From contig OX597823.1 of assembly GCA_951406725.2 (NCBI GenBank), positions 77,438,001-77,502,000 on the forward strand: a stretch of DNA of 64,000 nt, given 5' to 3'. The notes beneath the pieces are model-generated. The model was not told the origin of the DNA. It did no database searches and worked only from the letters and a program-made list of their open reading frames with translations. Both the position numbers and the translations under genes were made by a program. Below, one piece after another: positions 1 to 12,537 of the stretch. Each line of letters starts with the position of its first letter. Position 1 is the stretch's first letter. The DNA is from Octopus vulgaris (lineage: Eukaryota).

Positions 1-87
1 ACCACATAAAATATTTTCATCTATGTTATTACACCACATACTGAAACAAGGAAAGCAAGCTAACAGAAATTCATAAAAATATATTTA

Positions 88-149
88 TCCTCAAATCAGT
101 TCCAATTTCTGGATTAATCCACAAAGGATTCTTCCTTCATCAGCGAGGA
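88..149 (-). ncRNA. Type I hammerhead ribozyme motif (Penelope-type), A.A stem II junction variant
   Basis: Minus strand reads tcctcg-CTGATGA-a-GGAagAATCCtttgtGGATTaaTCC-a-GAA-ATTGGaaCTGAT-T-tgagga. Stem I is 6 bp, stem II is two-part, stem III is 5 bp with wobbles, and the cleavage triplet is AUU. Confidence 0.65.
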
Positions 150-504
150 ATACAAAATGAAAATAAATGAAATATTTAGACATACCCATAGAAAAGTAGG
201 TGCAAAGTCATGAATACATTTAAGTACTCCCAAATATATCCAGACAGAAATTTTGTTGCAAGCCTCAACACAAGTGTAGTCAGTAAGGAAATGCACACAA
301 GTGGTTAACCAGTCCCAAAGTGAAGGAGAATTATTTTACTACTAATATAAGGATAAAATTTTATTAAAAAATTTTATAAGTGGCCAGCATATGAAAAATA
401 CTTTTTAAGGTGAAAATTATACAATTATAAATAAGGGCAAAAGAAAAAATTTTCTTTGCCAATATGCTGAGAAATAGATGCTAAATTGTCTCACCACACA
501 CATA

Positions 505-549
<45 letters not shown>

Positions 550-1372
550 TTAATCATAACTTATTACTGTTTTTATGAAGTAACTAATCAATGTTGTTTA
601 TAAAAACTTTTCTAGCTGTTAAAGCCCGTAGTTTTGTCTACATGAGAGCTCTATTGGAATTCTACTTGCATCAATTTTGATCATCATCATCGCCAATAAA
701 ATAAATTATATAGTTACAGACTTACTTAAGGTCCAGCCAATTCAATAAATGATACCATCACTACACTAAAAAGTTCTGGCTTTTTGCCTGAAGAAGCTTA
801 GTCTGGAGGAGGGACTGTACCAACGACCTTTGCCAGTACCACGAGACTGGTCAAATCAATACGGTTTATGTTTAGCTTCAGTATCTATATAAGTCAAAGA
901 CTGCAGGAAGAAAGCTAGTGAGGAAGAAGGAATTCCAGAGAGTTTTGTTTGAAGTTTAAGTAAGAAAGGATTGGGTGAATGCATTTATGTGAGACACAGA
1001 AGTGGCGGTGGGGGCGGGTGAGTCAGGAAGAGAGAAGGGGCTATGAATTGGAGATGGTTGTATGTAAATAGTTTGTTCAAAGAAGCATGAGGTGCTGCAG
1101 TAGTAACAGAATAGACAGATAGGGAATACATTATGTCTCTGGTCAAAATTTGCCTTATCTTCACATAGGTTTGTTGATGCAAACAGGAAAAATAGATCTC
1201 AAAACAAGTCTATATACATAAATATATATTTACATAATCGTATATATACATAAATATGTTTGTGTGTATAACATATGTACATAGACATATATGTATATAT
1301 ACATTATATTATACACATATGTATGTATGTATGGATGTGTGTATATATATATATATATTTATATATATATAA

Positions 1373-1630
1373 AGAGAGAATTCAGGAAAAAACAAAAGAT
1401 GAAGACAGGTGGTGTAGACAACAAATAGATGTATTAGTATAACGCTCGGGAATTGAAAAAGTCTTTAATGTTTTGAGCCTACGCTCTTCCACAGAAAGGA
1501 ACAAGGAGAGAAAAAAAAATGTGTGTAGTGGCTACCAATCTATCACGGCGAATGCCAGACAGAAGGGTCACACAGGAGAGCTAAGAAGTGGGAGAGGTAA
1601 CAAAGTAATAGTGATCCCAAAACAAAGGTG
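1373..1630 (-). mobile_element. Short Penelope-like (pLTR-type) non-autonomous element with decayed hammerhead at 1461-1500
   Basis: Homologous to 37563-37750 and 37873-38111. Minus strand has cttt-CTGTGGA-A-GAGCgtagGCTC-AAAAC-ATT-aaagac. Abuts (TA)n. Confidence 0.55.
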
Positions 1631-1887
1631 TGCATAAAATTTTTTTTTCGTGATGAGATAAAAAAACCAAGGCTGTGTAGATTTTAGAACATTTATAGAT
1701 GTTGAACCCCTTATTTGCATAATCACCAAACCTGGAACTTAACTATGGATTAGCTATAGCACTTATTCAGCATTACCTGACACCTTTGGGTCTCAATGGC
1801 ACCATTATCTCTCATAAACTCTATTGAAAGATATATATGTACATACATTATATGCACGCACAAACACACATATTTATGTGTGTATAT

Positions 1888-2017
1888 CAGCCGAAATTGC
1901 GAAGATGATCCGGTTCTTGACTGAAGATTGAAGGCTTCGAATGTCCCGTCCGTGTTTTTTGTGTCGTCTTCTAAATGTTTCACGTTCTTGTCCCAGTTTG
2001 TATATTTTTTTTCCTTT

Positions 2018-2020
<3 letters not shown>
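1888..2020 (+). mobile_element. Short interspersed repeat, same family as 45800-45925 (-), flanked by (TA)n
   Basis: cagccgaaatt...gatgatccggttcttgactgaagattgaaggcttcgaat...gtccgtg...tttcacgt aligns by eye with the reverse complement of 45820-45920. Confidence 0.55.
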
Positions 2021-2051
<31 letters not shown>

Positions 2052-2056
<5 letters not shown>

Positions 2057-2250
2057 GGATGCTGCCAAAGTCCTGGCTTTGGGTAAAAAGAAATACAGGT
2101 GGATCAGTCGACATATTCCCCTCTTAGATTTACACACTTATTGCAGCATTTCTTCACAAGTCTTGTGAAATAACTCAGAATGTTGGGCCTGTAACCAAGC
2201 CTTTCATGATATCCTTAAAGCCAGGCATTTTTCAGCACCCCCTTTTGTAT
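2052..2250. mobile_element. mariner-type MITE
   Basis: Imperfect TIRs aggggatgctgccaaagtcctggcttt / aaagccaggcatttttcagcaccccctt with TA flanks. Confidence 0.6.
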
Positions 2251-2825
2251 AAGACTCAAATCTCTTTATCTGCTAATCTCTCATCAACCAATCCTCACCA
2301 CAATCACAGACATCTTCATCTCCATCCACCTCCTTCTCATCATCATCATCATCATCATCATCATGGCCATTTCTTCCCACCTGCTTCTTTAAAATCTAAA
2401 ACCTTGGAATGGTCTTAGGTAGGTCAGTGGCGATTGAAGAAATGGAAGAATTCCTGGATGAAGCGAGTCAGATCAACCATCCGACTGACTGGCTATCTTG
2501 CCAGCAAGCCAGCTGGTTGGTTAAATACTATGGGCGGCTTACAGGTGGAACAGCATGGTTTTTTTTTTCTTTTTTTTTTTCTTGGGAGACTGAAGACATG
2601 TATGCCTACCTGCCCTGCTAATTGATGTATCAGTCCATCTGCATGCCTGCTGCTTCTCATTCTGTTTGGCTGACTGACTGACTGACTGACTGACTGCTTG
2701 CTCGCCTGCTGGTATGCCTACCTGCCTGCCTGCCAGCCTGCGTGCCTGTCTGCCAGTCTGCCTCCCTGCCTGCTTGTTGGTGTATCTTGCTTGCCTACCA
2801 GCCCTTCTGCCTGCTTATCTATTTC

Positions 2826-2865
<40 letters not shown>

Positions 2866-5277
2866 TGTGTGCATGCGTGTGTATGTGTGTGTGTGTGTGT
2901 GTCTGTCTGTCTGTCTGTATGTCTGTCTCTTCTTGCTGAAAGAAAGGGAAAAGTAGATCGATTGTGGAAGTCTAGCAGTTTGGGTTGGAGTAGAAGCACA
3001 TAGCAGAACAGCAACACATGTGATGAGGAAGGAGCTTGAAAGAGAGAAGTTGAGAGAGAGAGAAGGCAGACAGACAGACAGACAGGTTGGCAGACAGACA
3101 GATTGAGTGTGTATGTGTGTGATAGAGAAAGTGAAAGTAGATGTTGGCTAATGAAAAGTGAAGTGTAAGGAAGTGGTCTGTAAGAGTAAAGAGGGAGTAG
3201 GAGTTTTATGTAGTGTGAATGTGGGAGGGAGAGAATATATTGTATAATGTAACTGACTAGTGTGATGGCAGGCAGACAGGCAGGCCAGCAGCCCGGATGG
3301 TGGCAACATTTGGTTGGTTTGCTTGCTGTCCGTCAGTTTGTCTGTCCGTCTGTTTGTTTGTCTCTCTGTCTGTCTGTCTGTCTGTCTGGCTGGCTGGTCC
3401 ACCAGTTGCCCCAGTGGTTTGCTGTTTATTATTTTTTTAAAGGGTGCTGCTGGTTGAAGCATCTATGAAGCTCAGCTTAGCTCCAGACAGGATCATATTT
3501 TAAATAGAAGTATCCATGGATTTCTCTCTCTCTCTCTCTCTCTCTCTCCTGTAATATGCAGAAATTGTCTTTTCAATAGAGATATTTTATTGTATATAGA
3601 GAGGAGAAAAAAGATAGGAAGTTCTGGATTAAGTCAGTCATGTCGGTGGGGGTAGTGGGGAATTTGTATGGCAGGATGGTAGAATGTAGATGTTACTAGC
3701 TATTACACAGGTCTACTTCAATCAAGCAGACTTTTGATCAAAGGCTTTCCAACTGTGACCATCTCCTCATTTATTTTTTTTCCTTCTTAGATTATATTGT
3801 CAAATGTTTTTTTCACTTTATAAGAGAGCAGAATGTGATCCACGGGTAATTTGATTGCTATTTCTAGCAGGCTAAATGACCGTACAGATGTTACTTTTTT
3901 GGGTGGACAACAATGGATTGGGTAGTGGTGAGAAGTGACGCTACAGATGGTGATGGTCATGGCTGAGGCGCTGTTGGGATTGGCAATATGAATGGTAAGG
4001 ATGGTAGGTAGCGGAGAGGATGGTGTTTGAAGAGGGGGGAGTGAATGCAGAGACGTTGCATGTATTTGCACAGGGAGACGGAGTTGCAGCAATGATAAAG
4101 GTGGCAGCGGTGGTGGTGGTGGTGGTGGTGATGGTGGCAACGGCAGTTGTTGTGGGTGCAGTAGAGAATGGAAGGGTGATGTTGATAATGATGTTATCAG
4201 TGGTGGTGGTGGTGGTGGAAGGGGTGGTGGTATGACACAAAGTATGGAGGTACTGCATCGGGAGTATCATAAGGTGTGGTTGTTCTTGTTACCGATATAA
4301 CGATGGCAGTGATGGAATGGCAGTGGGGGGGGGGGGAGGGGGAGGGAGGGGTATGGATTCTGAGTAAAAGCAGAAACTAGGGAACAATAATGGATTAGAC
4401 AGTAATCATGGAGGCGATGGAGAAGGTGATGGTGATGGTGGAACAGAGATAGCAACTGTGGCACAAAAGGAAGGATGAGGGGGGAGAGGAAACGAAAGAG
4501 ACTGATAAAGAGATAGAGAGACTGATAGAGAGAGAAAGAGAGAAAGAAAGAGAGAGATGGAGGTTGGTGGAGAGGGTGGAGAAAACAGCAGTGAAGGATG
4601 GAGGCGGAAGAGGTGAAACTGATTTTCAATGTTCGCGTGAGGAAAAACAGAAATTATTAAAAGCTTTTGCAGAATCCCAAAAAGAAGATATATTGGACGT
4701 GTGGCAATGGCTGTATCAAACTTTGCATCAAAATGCTCTTAATCCTTCCTCACCCCCCATCCCTTTTCTTACCACCACCACCACCACCACCACCACCATC
4801 ACTTGCTATCATATCACAACCAATGTCATCATCATCATCATCATCATCTTCATCATCATCATCAATAACAATAACTGCATTGCTTTCACTTCTTCAGTAA
4901 AGGTACTTCAATGATAGCTGAATAAAGAATCAACTCAGTTTAGCTGCCAAATTTCTCTCGACCCAAAATAACTCCCCCCCACCCCAGCTGCTTACTATGG
5001 GATCTGCATGTGGTTTTATTTATTTATTTTTATTAATTTAATATTATTTATTTTTATTTTTACTTTTTTATTATTTGTTTTATTTTTTTTGCCATAATGC
5101 TATACATCCAAGGTTAGCTGAGATATTCCTGAAACTTTGAATAGCTACAACTAGGAAATTGAAATATGACTGTGGATTTGATTCCTCGAGAGCTTACCTT
5201 ATTATTCTATGACATTTACCAAAATATTGGCAATAAATGTAAACAGAAACGATTGCTATATTGATAATAGAATCCAG

Positions 5278-5411
5278 AATAATAATAACAACAACGACAA
5301 CAACATTAATAATAATGATAATAATAACAATAATAATAATAATAATAATAACAATAATAATAATAACAATAATAATAATAATAATAATGATAATAATAAT
5401 AATAATAATAG
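5278..5411. repeat. (AAT)n/(AAC)n microsatellite
   Basis: Direct inspection. Confidence 0.95.
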
Positions 5412-5537
5412 CAAAAACATAATAACAAGCAAATACATAACCCAAACATCTATACTTATCTATCTCTCTATCTGTGTGTATTAAGAGTGAGTGGCAAAGC
5501 AGAATTACATACACATACACGTGTATGTGTATATATG

Positions 5538-5613
<76 letters not shown>

Positions 5614-5616
5614 GAT

Positions 5617-5671
5617 TAACAAAACTGTCTGACGAACGGGAACGTGAAACTCTGAGTGACAGCTTTTGTTA
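5617..5671 (+). ncRNA. Minimal type I hammerhead ribozyme motif with GUG at the cleavage site
   Basis: taacaaaactgt-CTGACGA-ACGggaaCGT-GAA-ACTCtGAGT-G-acag(c)ttttgtta. Stem I is 12 bp with one bulge, stem II is GNRA-capped, stem III is palindromic. Lies in a ~155-bp element (5612-5768) between two (TA)n tracts. Confidence 0.7.
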
Positions 5672-6124
5672 TATTTCTGCTGCTTTTAAATAAAGCATGT
5701 TACTCTACCTCTGGTATTTGAGTACTCTTTTTTCCACCTTGTTTCACACTTATGTGCTCACTCTGGTATATATATATATATACTCACACCAACACTTTTT
5801 ACATGGCACATTGGTTTTAGGCTCTCAATTCCATTGTGGTGGGCAGGTCTTCTCAAGTGCATCAATGCACTACATTTCTCAGCCCTACGCCATCTCTTTC
5901 ATAAGGTTCAGTGTTTTGTACCACAGTGTGAACCAAAATATGGGATGTTGTTATACATTGCTACACACAGTGCACTTCCTCACACTGTTGTAGCTTTCGA
6001 ATGATGCCAACCCACTGGCTAGTCAGACAGGCAGGCCTATGGTGAATAGTGACCAAAATTACAACATTCCTCCTAATGGCCAGTCTGTCACAGAATTCTT
6101 TATGAATCCACTACCCTGAATATA

Positions 6125-6752
6125 ATTTCTAATTTAAGCACGAGGTCAGGAAACATGAGGGGAACAATTAATCGATAGCATAAACCGGATCTATGCTGTC
6201 AACCCTGGTAGAGCACAGGACAATAAAAGGCAGATTCAATCTTGACAGGATTTGAACTCAAAATACAGAGGACATAAAATTTGCTAGACATTTTGTTCAA
6301 TGATCGAACAGTTCTGCCGACTGACAACAATATCAGAAGCAGCAATAATAATGCATCTTTCTAATTTGGCTCAAGGCCAGCAATTTTGAGGTGAGTAGGA
6401 AGTCAATTACATTGACTCCTCTGCTTGAGTGGTACTTAATTTATCAATCTTTAAAAGAGGTAAGCCTAAGTTAACCTCAGTGGAGTTTGAACTCAGAACA
6501 TAAAGACAGAGGAAATCCTACAAAGCATTTCGTCCAGTAGGCTAATGATTCTACCAGTTCATCATCTTAATAACAATTGTTTCTAATTTTGGTACAAGGC
6601 CAGCAATGTCAAAGAAGGGGCTAAGTTGATTACTGGTACTTACTTTATCAAACCTAAAAGAATTAAAGGCAAAGTCGACCTCAGCAGAATTTGAACTCAG
6701 AGGGAATGTTGCTAAGAATTTTGCTTCATGTACATAACGATTCTGCCAGCTA
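6125..6752 (-). mobile_element. Three tandem degenerate copies of SINE family B
   Basis: Each copy contains aaggcaaagtcgacctc..gaatttgaactcag-like and aaggccagcaattt-like motifs, the reverse complement of the 51268 copy. Confidence 0.7.
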
Positions 6753-6780
6753 ATAATCATTTCTAATTAAGGAAACACTA

Positions 6781-7075
6781 TGTCATGGGCATGTAAACAC
6801 ACCAACATCAGGTGTCAAGCGATGGTGGGAGGACAAACAAAGACACATAAGCACATACATATATATATATATATATATATGAATATATATATATATATAT
6901 ATATACATGCATGCATATATATATATACAACGGGCTTCTTTCAGTTTCCATCTACCAAATTCACTCACAAGGCTTTGGTCAGTAGAAGACACTTGCCCAA
7001 GGTGCCATGCAGTGGAACTGAACCCGGAACCATATGGTTGGGAAACAAGCTTCTTACCACACACCCACTCCTGCA

Positions 7076-7078
<3 letters not shown>
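6781..7078 (-). mobile_element. tRNA-derived SINE family A (CORE-like) with internal (TA)n
   Basis: Reverse complement of aggagtgg.tgtgtggtaag...ggttccgggttcag..ggcaccttgggcaagtgtctt. Confidence 0.85.
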
Positions 7079-7135
<57 letters not shown>

Positions 7136-7721
7136 TTTTACATGCGTTTTTATTTTATATTGTTTTAATTTAAATTACTCATTAAGGATTCATTTATATT
7201 ATATATATTTATATTTCCTATATTTTTATTTTTAGATTTTTATTCATTTAGCTATTTATATATTTCTTTCAATCTATCTCGGAGTCATGCTTTTATTTTC
7301 TCTTAATCCGTAATGGATTTTTGCTCAGTTTTTTTTTTTTTTAAGTATTTTATCTTTTTTTAGCTACTCTGCTACATGGGAAACTCTGTAAGGAGTGGTA
7401 TTATCAGTTCAACCAAACCAATAGTGGGAATAAACCTTGGTTTGATTGACGGTATAGTACCAAGCAGCAGACTCCAAGTGAACAATCCGCTATCGGAAGC
7501 TAGATGCGATGTATTGACTTTTGCGGCTATGAAAGAACAAAAAAAAAAAAAAAAAAGGAAAACGAAAAACAGTAACAAAAATAATCACAAAAAGACAAAA
7601 AAAAAATCATGATTTAACACTGTTATACATTCCGTATGTGATTCCCGGCTATACAAGGAGTATTGATTATTTTGTATTGTTTTTGTTTTTTGCAAACTTC
7701 AGGGGAAAGTGATTCACTTGA

Positions 7722-7889
7722 TATTATTATTATTATTATTATCATTATTATTATTATTATTATTATTACAACTACTATTACTACTACTGCTACCATCATC
7801 ATAATCTTCAGTACAGTTATCTTCATCATAATCAACACCAGCAACATCAACATCATGATCATCAAGATCATTCTTGTCATCATCATTGC

Positions 7890-7938
<49 letters not shown>

Positions 7939-7997
7939 AGCAGCAGTAGTAATGGCGGTGGCAGTGGTGGTGGTGGTGGTGGTGGTGGTGGAGGTGG
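7722..7997. repeat. Compound trinucleotide tract (TTA/CAT/CAG/GGT)
   Basis: Direct inspection. Confidence 0.9.
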
Positions 7998-8251
7998 TTA
8001 TTTTTTATTTAAAGGGTGCAGGCAGTGAGGTGTCATGGTAATTTAGGATTCACCAAATGCATTATAAGAGAAGACAAAAAGGAGAAGGAGGGAGGGAGGG
8101 AGACAGAGAGAGAGAGAGGAATGGAAAGAGGGAGGGGGGTAAATAAAGAGAATCAGAAATAGTGAGAGAGAAGATGGCACATCACTTGGCTAAACTTCAA
8201 TAGAGTGATAAATAATATCTTTGCAAGTTCAATTTATTGCATATATCAGTG

Positions 8252-8316
<65 letters not shown>

Positions 8317-8477
8317 ACATAAATATCGTGCATGTGTGTGATAGTGTGTGTGTGTGTGTTATTCATTGTCCAGGGCTCACCAGATCCTATCAAACAATCC
8401 AATCCATGCCAGAATGGAAAATAGGCATTAAATGATGATGATGATATATACATATGTGTGTGTATGTGTGTGTAATG

Positions 8478-8529
<52 letters not shown>

Positions 8530-8719
8530 ATATATATATATATATACACTCACACATTTTATATATATGCACACGCACATATGTACATATATATATATAC
8601 ATACTCACACACTGCATGCATATACATACACTGTGTGTGTGAAGATATATATATATATCTTTGTATATATATGTATATATATCTCATATATATGCATTTA
8701 ATATGTGTGTGTGTGTGTG

Positions 8720-8758
<39 letters not shown>

Positions 8759-8891
8759 TCTTGTGACGTGTGCATTATGCCACTAATTTTAGATGAAAAA
8801 TGATTACAGGTGCATGGAACTTGAGTCACTAAAAATGAAACTCCATTATATCTTTGTGTATTTAAATATACACACACACACATACATGCTG

Positions 8892-8927
<36 letters not shown>

Positions 8928-10446
8928 GACACACACACACATACATGTTGAATTTTATATATGTATATATATACATATATATATATATATACACAAACAC
9001 ATATGCAGACACACACACATACATATGTATACATACACACATATATATATATATATATATAACCATGGTTTGAAAATTCAGTATCTGTTTTAAGCCAATT
9101 TACTAATTTACTTCAATTATGTTGAAATTTTTCTTGGCCAAGACAGCAACGTCACCGTTTCTTTCTCCCTGTCTCCTTACCAGAATACAAAGTACAGGAG
9201 CCAAAAACTTATATTGGTTTTCTAAACTCTAACTACTATAAAGAATAGCATTCACAGATTGCCAAGTCAAGGAAGTACATGATAATTATCCAAAGAGTCA
9301 AAGGAACATTTCTGATCATTATTGGTTGTTACACTCTTTCCAGTGTCAAGATAATTTAACTGTCATCATGTCAGTGAGTGAGCCTCCTCTGCGCAAAAGA
9401 CAGCAAACTCTAACAGTCTAGCCATATGGGAATTAAATGCCACAGGCAGCCCTTTATGGCTCATTGTATATTATGTATAAACATCATGATTACATAAACT
9501 TAACATTTTACTGCAACTCTGTAACATATTCTTTATGGTCAGATTCAGTTTATTTGAATAATTTCAGTTTCTCCCTCTCTTGTCTTTCTCTCACACAATA
9601 TCTCTTACTCTTTCTGTCATTTTTCTCTCTCTGTCTCTGTCTGTCTGCCTGTCTCTTTCTCTCATTCACTAAGCCTTTCTCTTTTGATTTGTTAACGTAA
9701 TATATAATGTACTTTTTCTACACACTACATAAAAGGTTTATTAATTTTTTATGTTCACTGTTGCCAATTTATGGTGACTAATATCTTCTAAGTCCTGCTG
9801 ATAAAATCTGCTTAACCTTACATATTCAATGCATTCATTCAACCTGCTAGAAATAGCAGGAAAATCTCCATCAAACCACATCCTACCATCTCAAAAATGC
9901 ACACCTACAATATAATAGAATTTTAAATACTCCTAGGCAAGACTGCTTTCTAAATAAAATTGCTTTTTAATGAAAGAAATTTCTGGGAAGAAGGATTCTT
10001 TCAAAGTTCAAGGCGGCTGTGAAGATGTCTTTTTTTAGGGGTAGGGCTTTCCTGTTTATCATGGACCCTTTCATGATTCTACAAGTTCTGTTTGAACTTT
10101 TGTGGTGTAGGTGCTACCTAGAGGCAGAAAAGTGGTGCTGTCTAGAGACTCTGCCTCTAAAAAGAGAGATGATATCTTTACTCATTTACAGCTGACCACA
10201 GTGCTGGATTTAAATGAAGAAAGACCCTAGGCTATTCCATTTGTGAGATCCCTCTCAATCTCAACCCATATAACTAGAATTATAAACATTTTGGTCTACA
10301 CCCAAAATTATGTGGCCCTAACCTTCAGTTCACCAAGTCCCTATGGTAAATCTGGCACTGGCTGTCCTACAGCTAAATAACAACAACAACAACCTAGTAG
10401 TTAGTAGGTACTTCATTCTGCACTTACTTACCAGTGTTAAATATTA

Positions 10447-10640
10447 GTTTCAAATTTTGGCACAAAGCCAGCAATTTCAGGGGAGGGTGTAAATCAATTA
10501 TATTGACCTCAGTGATCAACAGGTACTTGTTTTGTCAACCTCAAGAGGATGAAAAGCAAAGTCAACCCCTGCAGAATTTGAACTCAGCATGTAAAGGCGG
10601 ACAAAATGCTGCTAAGCATTTTGCCTGGCATGTCAATACA
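10447..10640 (-). mobile_element. SINE family B, degenerate
   Basis: ggatgaaaagcaaagtcaacc...gaatttgaactcag motif. Confidence 0.7.
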
Positions 10641-11381
10641 GCAGTTAATGCAGAATTTTATTTTTATTGGTTCTTGATGAATGACTCTACCATCCCTTTA
10701 GTCCCTTTAGTTGATATAGTTGGTGCTGGATTTTATTTAATGCCAGGGTAAGCATTCTAAAGCAGCTCTTTGGTATATAGGTTGTTAATACAAGGACAAA
10801 GTGACGTCAATAAATTCTATTAACTTACTCTTCAAACACTTATCATTTCCACAGTTTGTAATATAATATAGCTATGACTATATTAGCCCCGGTCTTCTTC
10901 CTCTCTTAACTATTTTCATATCAGCCCTCCTGACTCAACCATTGTTTCTATATTACAAAGACTCTTGTTTTAAAGCATTCATATTTAAATTAAAAACCAT
11001 CCATCATAAATTTTTTGAAAGATCCTTTTATCATGTTATATTCCAAACATTGGCTTTATCATGAAAAATGTTGTTTTAATAAATCCCTCTAAATTATTGA
11101 TTATTAATTTCTGATATTAATTAAAACACATAAGCAGTGTATTGCCTTAGAAATATAGCTATGGAATGGCTAAGACAGGAATGTGTATGGCTTTTGATTC
11201 TTTGGCTGCTTTTAATGGGTTGTACAATGTAAAAGCCTTTATACTTAGTTAGAAAGCTAGAAGAGAAACAACTTCTTATTTTTCTTTTTTTTTGTCATGC
11301 AAACATAAAAGAGAAATGATCACCCACTGATGGATACCACTAATTAATAAAATGTGTAGTAATTAACTTGATTACTTAACA

Positions 11382-11812
11382 GTAGGAGTGGCTGTGTGGT
11401 AAGTAGCTTGCTTACCAACCACATGGTTCCGGGTTCAATCCCACTGTGTGACACCTTGGGCAAGTGTTTTCTACTATACCCTCGGGCCGACCAAAGCCTT
11501 GTGAGTGGATTTGGTAGACGGAAACTTAAAGAAGCCCGTCGTGTATATGTATATATATGTGTGTGTATGTATGTTTGTGTGTATATGCTTGTGTGTCTGT
11601 GTTTGTCCCCCACAACATCGCTTGACAACCGATGCTGGTGTGTTTACGTCCCCGTAACTTAGTGACTCAACAAAAAGAGACCGACCGAGAGAATAAGCAC
11701 TAGGCTTACAAAGAATAAGTCTTGGGGGCGATTTGCTCGACTAAAGGTGGTGCTCCAGCAAGGCCACAGTCAAATGACTGAAGCAAGTAAAAGAGTTAAA
11801 GAGTAAAAGAGT
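11382..11812 (+). mobile_element. Full-length tRNA-derived SINE family A
   Basis: A-box-like tggctgtgtgg, B-box-like gggttcaatcc, CORE-like accttgggcaagt, internal (TA/TG)n and (agtaaaag)n tail. More than 10 copies in the window. Confidence 0.9.
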
Positions 11813-12234
11813 AGCTGAGTTATGTAGAAAGATAGAAGAAAGATAGAGAGAGACATCTATGAATGAAAACCTTGGTGTGAAACTAATGCTGACTGTAAAG
11901 CATCCCTATATACTACTGATGCAACTATTCACCTTTTTTTCTCAGTCATGTTTTCTGCTATTCACTTCTTTCCCCTTTTGTGTTTAATAGCGTGTATGGT
12001 GCATTCACTTCTGGCTTTCATTGCTGTCTTGATTTTGTTTCTTGATTTATTTCTACTTTCTGCTCCCTCTTTTACACTGTTCTGATGAGCTGTAGTGCAC
12101 CCGAACACTGAATACAATAACCTCATTATTAAATTATTATATAACAATACCACACGATATTCTACCACTACACCAAACTAGCTCTTTGTCATATCATTAT
12201 CGATCAATACTGTGACCTATCAGAGATGTCGTTA

Positions 12235-12425
12235 GTTTAGTTTAGTCCCAGGTCAGCCCAGATTGAACAGACCTATTATCATTAGTATTCCAAACATGAC
12301 CAACCTGTCTTATCCCTATGTACTGGAAATTCAGGACCATATTATCCAGTGCATCCTTTTCTAAAAATAGTAGGGTATAATTTGAAGAAGTTTTGACTTC
12401 TGATTCTAGCAGATCAAGCAACCTT
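12235..12425 (+). mobile_element. Unclassified interspersed repeat (family E)
   Basis: ttagtcccaggtcagccc.gattgaacagacctat...ttcca..catgacc motif recurs near 3700, 20600, 23950(-), 25700, 33670 and 54710(-). Confidence 0.55.
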
Positions 12426-12537
12426 TATTACAAAATTCTTCATGATTGGTGCATACTACCACACCATATCAAAGCAATAAACAAGACCATATTATATATC
12501 AATAATATACCATATTTATCCAGGCTATGCTATTACA

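Noticed and set aside
114-296. Hydrophobic 60-aa ORF
   Set aside because: It overlaps the hammerhead-bearing repeat, and no family is recognised.
11382-11460. tRNA gene
   Set aside because: The A/B boxes belong to the SINE head. There is no cloverleaf, and it continues into a multi-copy SINE body.
12078-12120. CTGATGAG...CGAAC as a hammerhead; overlapping 68-aa minus ORF as an exon
   Set aside because: GAAC instead of GAAA and stems II/III do not close. The ORF has an acceptor-like AG but no recognisable product.
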